A stretch of DNA of 64,000 nucleotides, taken from Patescibacteria group bacterium. Its GTDB lineage: Bacteria > Patescibacteriota > Saccharimonadia > Saccharimonadales > JAZKJC01. The DNA lies in the NCBI GenBank assembly GCA_040384565.1, contig JAZKJC010000010.1:7113-71112 (forward strand). Reading direction: 5' to 3'. The notes below the pieces were generated by a model that was given only the letters and a program-made list of their open reading frames with translations, was not told the DNA's origin and did not search any database. Position 1 is the first letter of the stretch. Every line of letters begins with the position of its first letter. The translations under genes and the position numbers were made by a program. Shown here one piece after another: positions 63,752-64,000 of this stretch.

Positions 63752-64000
63752 ATGAATGGTCAAAGTGCAGCCGAAGCTATTGAAGCAATAATTGGCACAG
63801 TTCCTGAAGGTGAGCCATTGGTGTTGAGTGAAGCTACGTTAGCTCGTATTGGGCTAGTTGGCGAAGCTACTGGTGTTGTAGTTGCTTCTAACACTGTTGG
63901 AGTAGAAACAGTAGAAGACACGGCTCCTGAGGCTGTTGAAGCTCCAGCTCCTGTTACCAAAGAATCACTTGCTGAACAGCTACCATTCGCCCACAAAGGC
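63752..64000 (+). CDS. Hypothetical protein, 3' end beyond window
   Basis: Not in the ORF track. ATG at 63752 lies 9 nt after AAGGAG and the frame is open to the window end (MNGQSAAEAIEAIIGTVPEGEPLVLSEATLARIG...). I prefer it over the antisense ORF 63760..63996. Confidence 0.55.
   Translation, partial: MNGQSAAEAIEAIIGTVPEGEPLVLSEATLARIGLVGEATGVVVASNTVGVETVEDTAPEAVEAPAPVTKESLAEQLPFAHKG

Noticed and set aside
63760-63996. 78-aa minus-strand ORF from the track.
   Set aside because: The plus strand has an ATG 9 nt after AAGGAG and stays open to the window end. The minus ORF is an Ala/Ser/Thr-rich shadow.
1-64000. CRISPR arrays, rRNA genes, additional tRNAs, tmRNA.
   Set aside because: Reading both strands, I found no regularly spaced 25-40-nt repeats. 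I found no GGTTCGAATCC-type T-loops other than at the tRNA-Gln locus. No rRNA-like conserved stretches were seen. This was a manual scan only, so small RNAs may have been missed.

Overview
This window looks like a chromosomal segment from a small-genome, Patescibacteria/CPR-type bacterium. It may be Saccharibacteria-like, but that is inferred from gene content only. All family calls come from motifs I read in the translations; no searches were run.

Core genes:
- cysS, an nrnA-like DHH phosphoesterase, recR, ybaB, dnaB and dnaX.
- dcd plus a tmk-thyX fusion.
- Envelope functions: two GT4 glycosyltransferases, a membrane GT2, a GT-C-like membrane protein, a DD-carboxypeptidase and an AI-2E transporter.
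- The secE-nusG-rplK / rplA / rplJ-rplL cluster, which is interrupted in three places.

Accessory content:
1. 1-6.4 kb: an HTH+Panacea(DUF4065) antitoxin overlapping an untracked toxin-like ORF, followed by a type I R-M hsdM/hsdS operon. That operon has no hsdR anywhere in the window and carries two embedded genes, one with an Rx4H HEPN motif. It sits next to tRNA-Gln(UUG), which is flanked by decayed copies of itself.
2. 24.6-29.2 kb: a 4.5-kb IS1595-family transposon with 24-bp terminal inverted repeats, a perfect 8-bp target duplication and six passenger genes, including a replication-relaxation protein.
3. A mazEF cassette bracketed by direct repeats that include a duplicated promoter. Beside it is a terminator/antiterminator (riboswitch-like) leader.
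4. A RelA/SpoT homologue with inverted domain order, inserted between rplK and rplA.
5. 48.9-52.9 kb: a cluster containing a zeta-like kinase + DUF2188, a PLD nuclease + membrane protein, and an XRE regulator + NYN nuclease.
6. 53.1-60.9 kb: a Gram-positive-type T4SS-like cluster (pilin, pilin-VirB6 fusion, PrgI/VirB3, split VirB4, M23 hydrolase, VirD4-like coupling protein).

A small intergenic inverted-repeat element family and many 7-nt-period tandem motifs are also present. I saw no rRNA and no CRISPR array.
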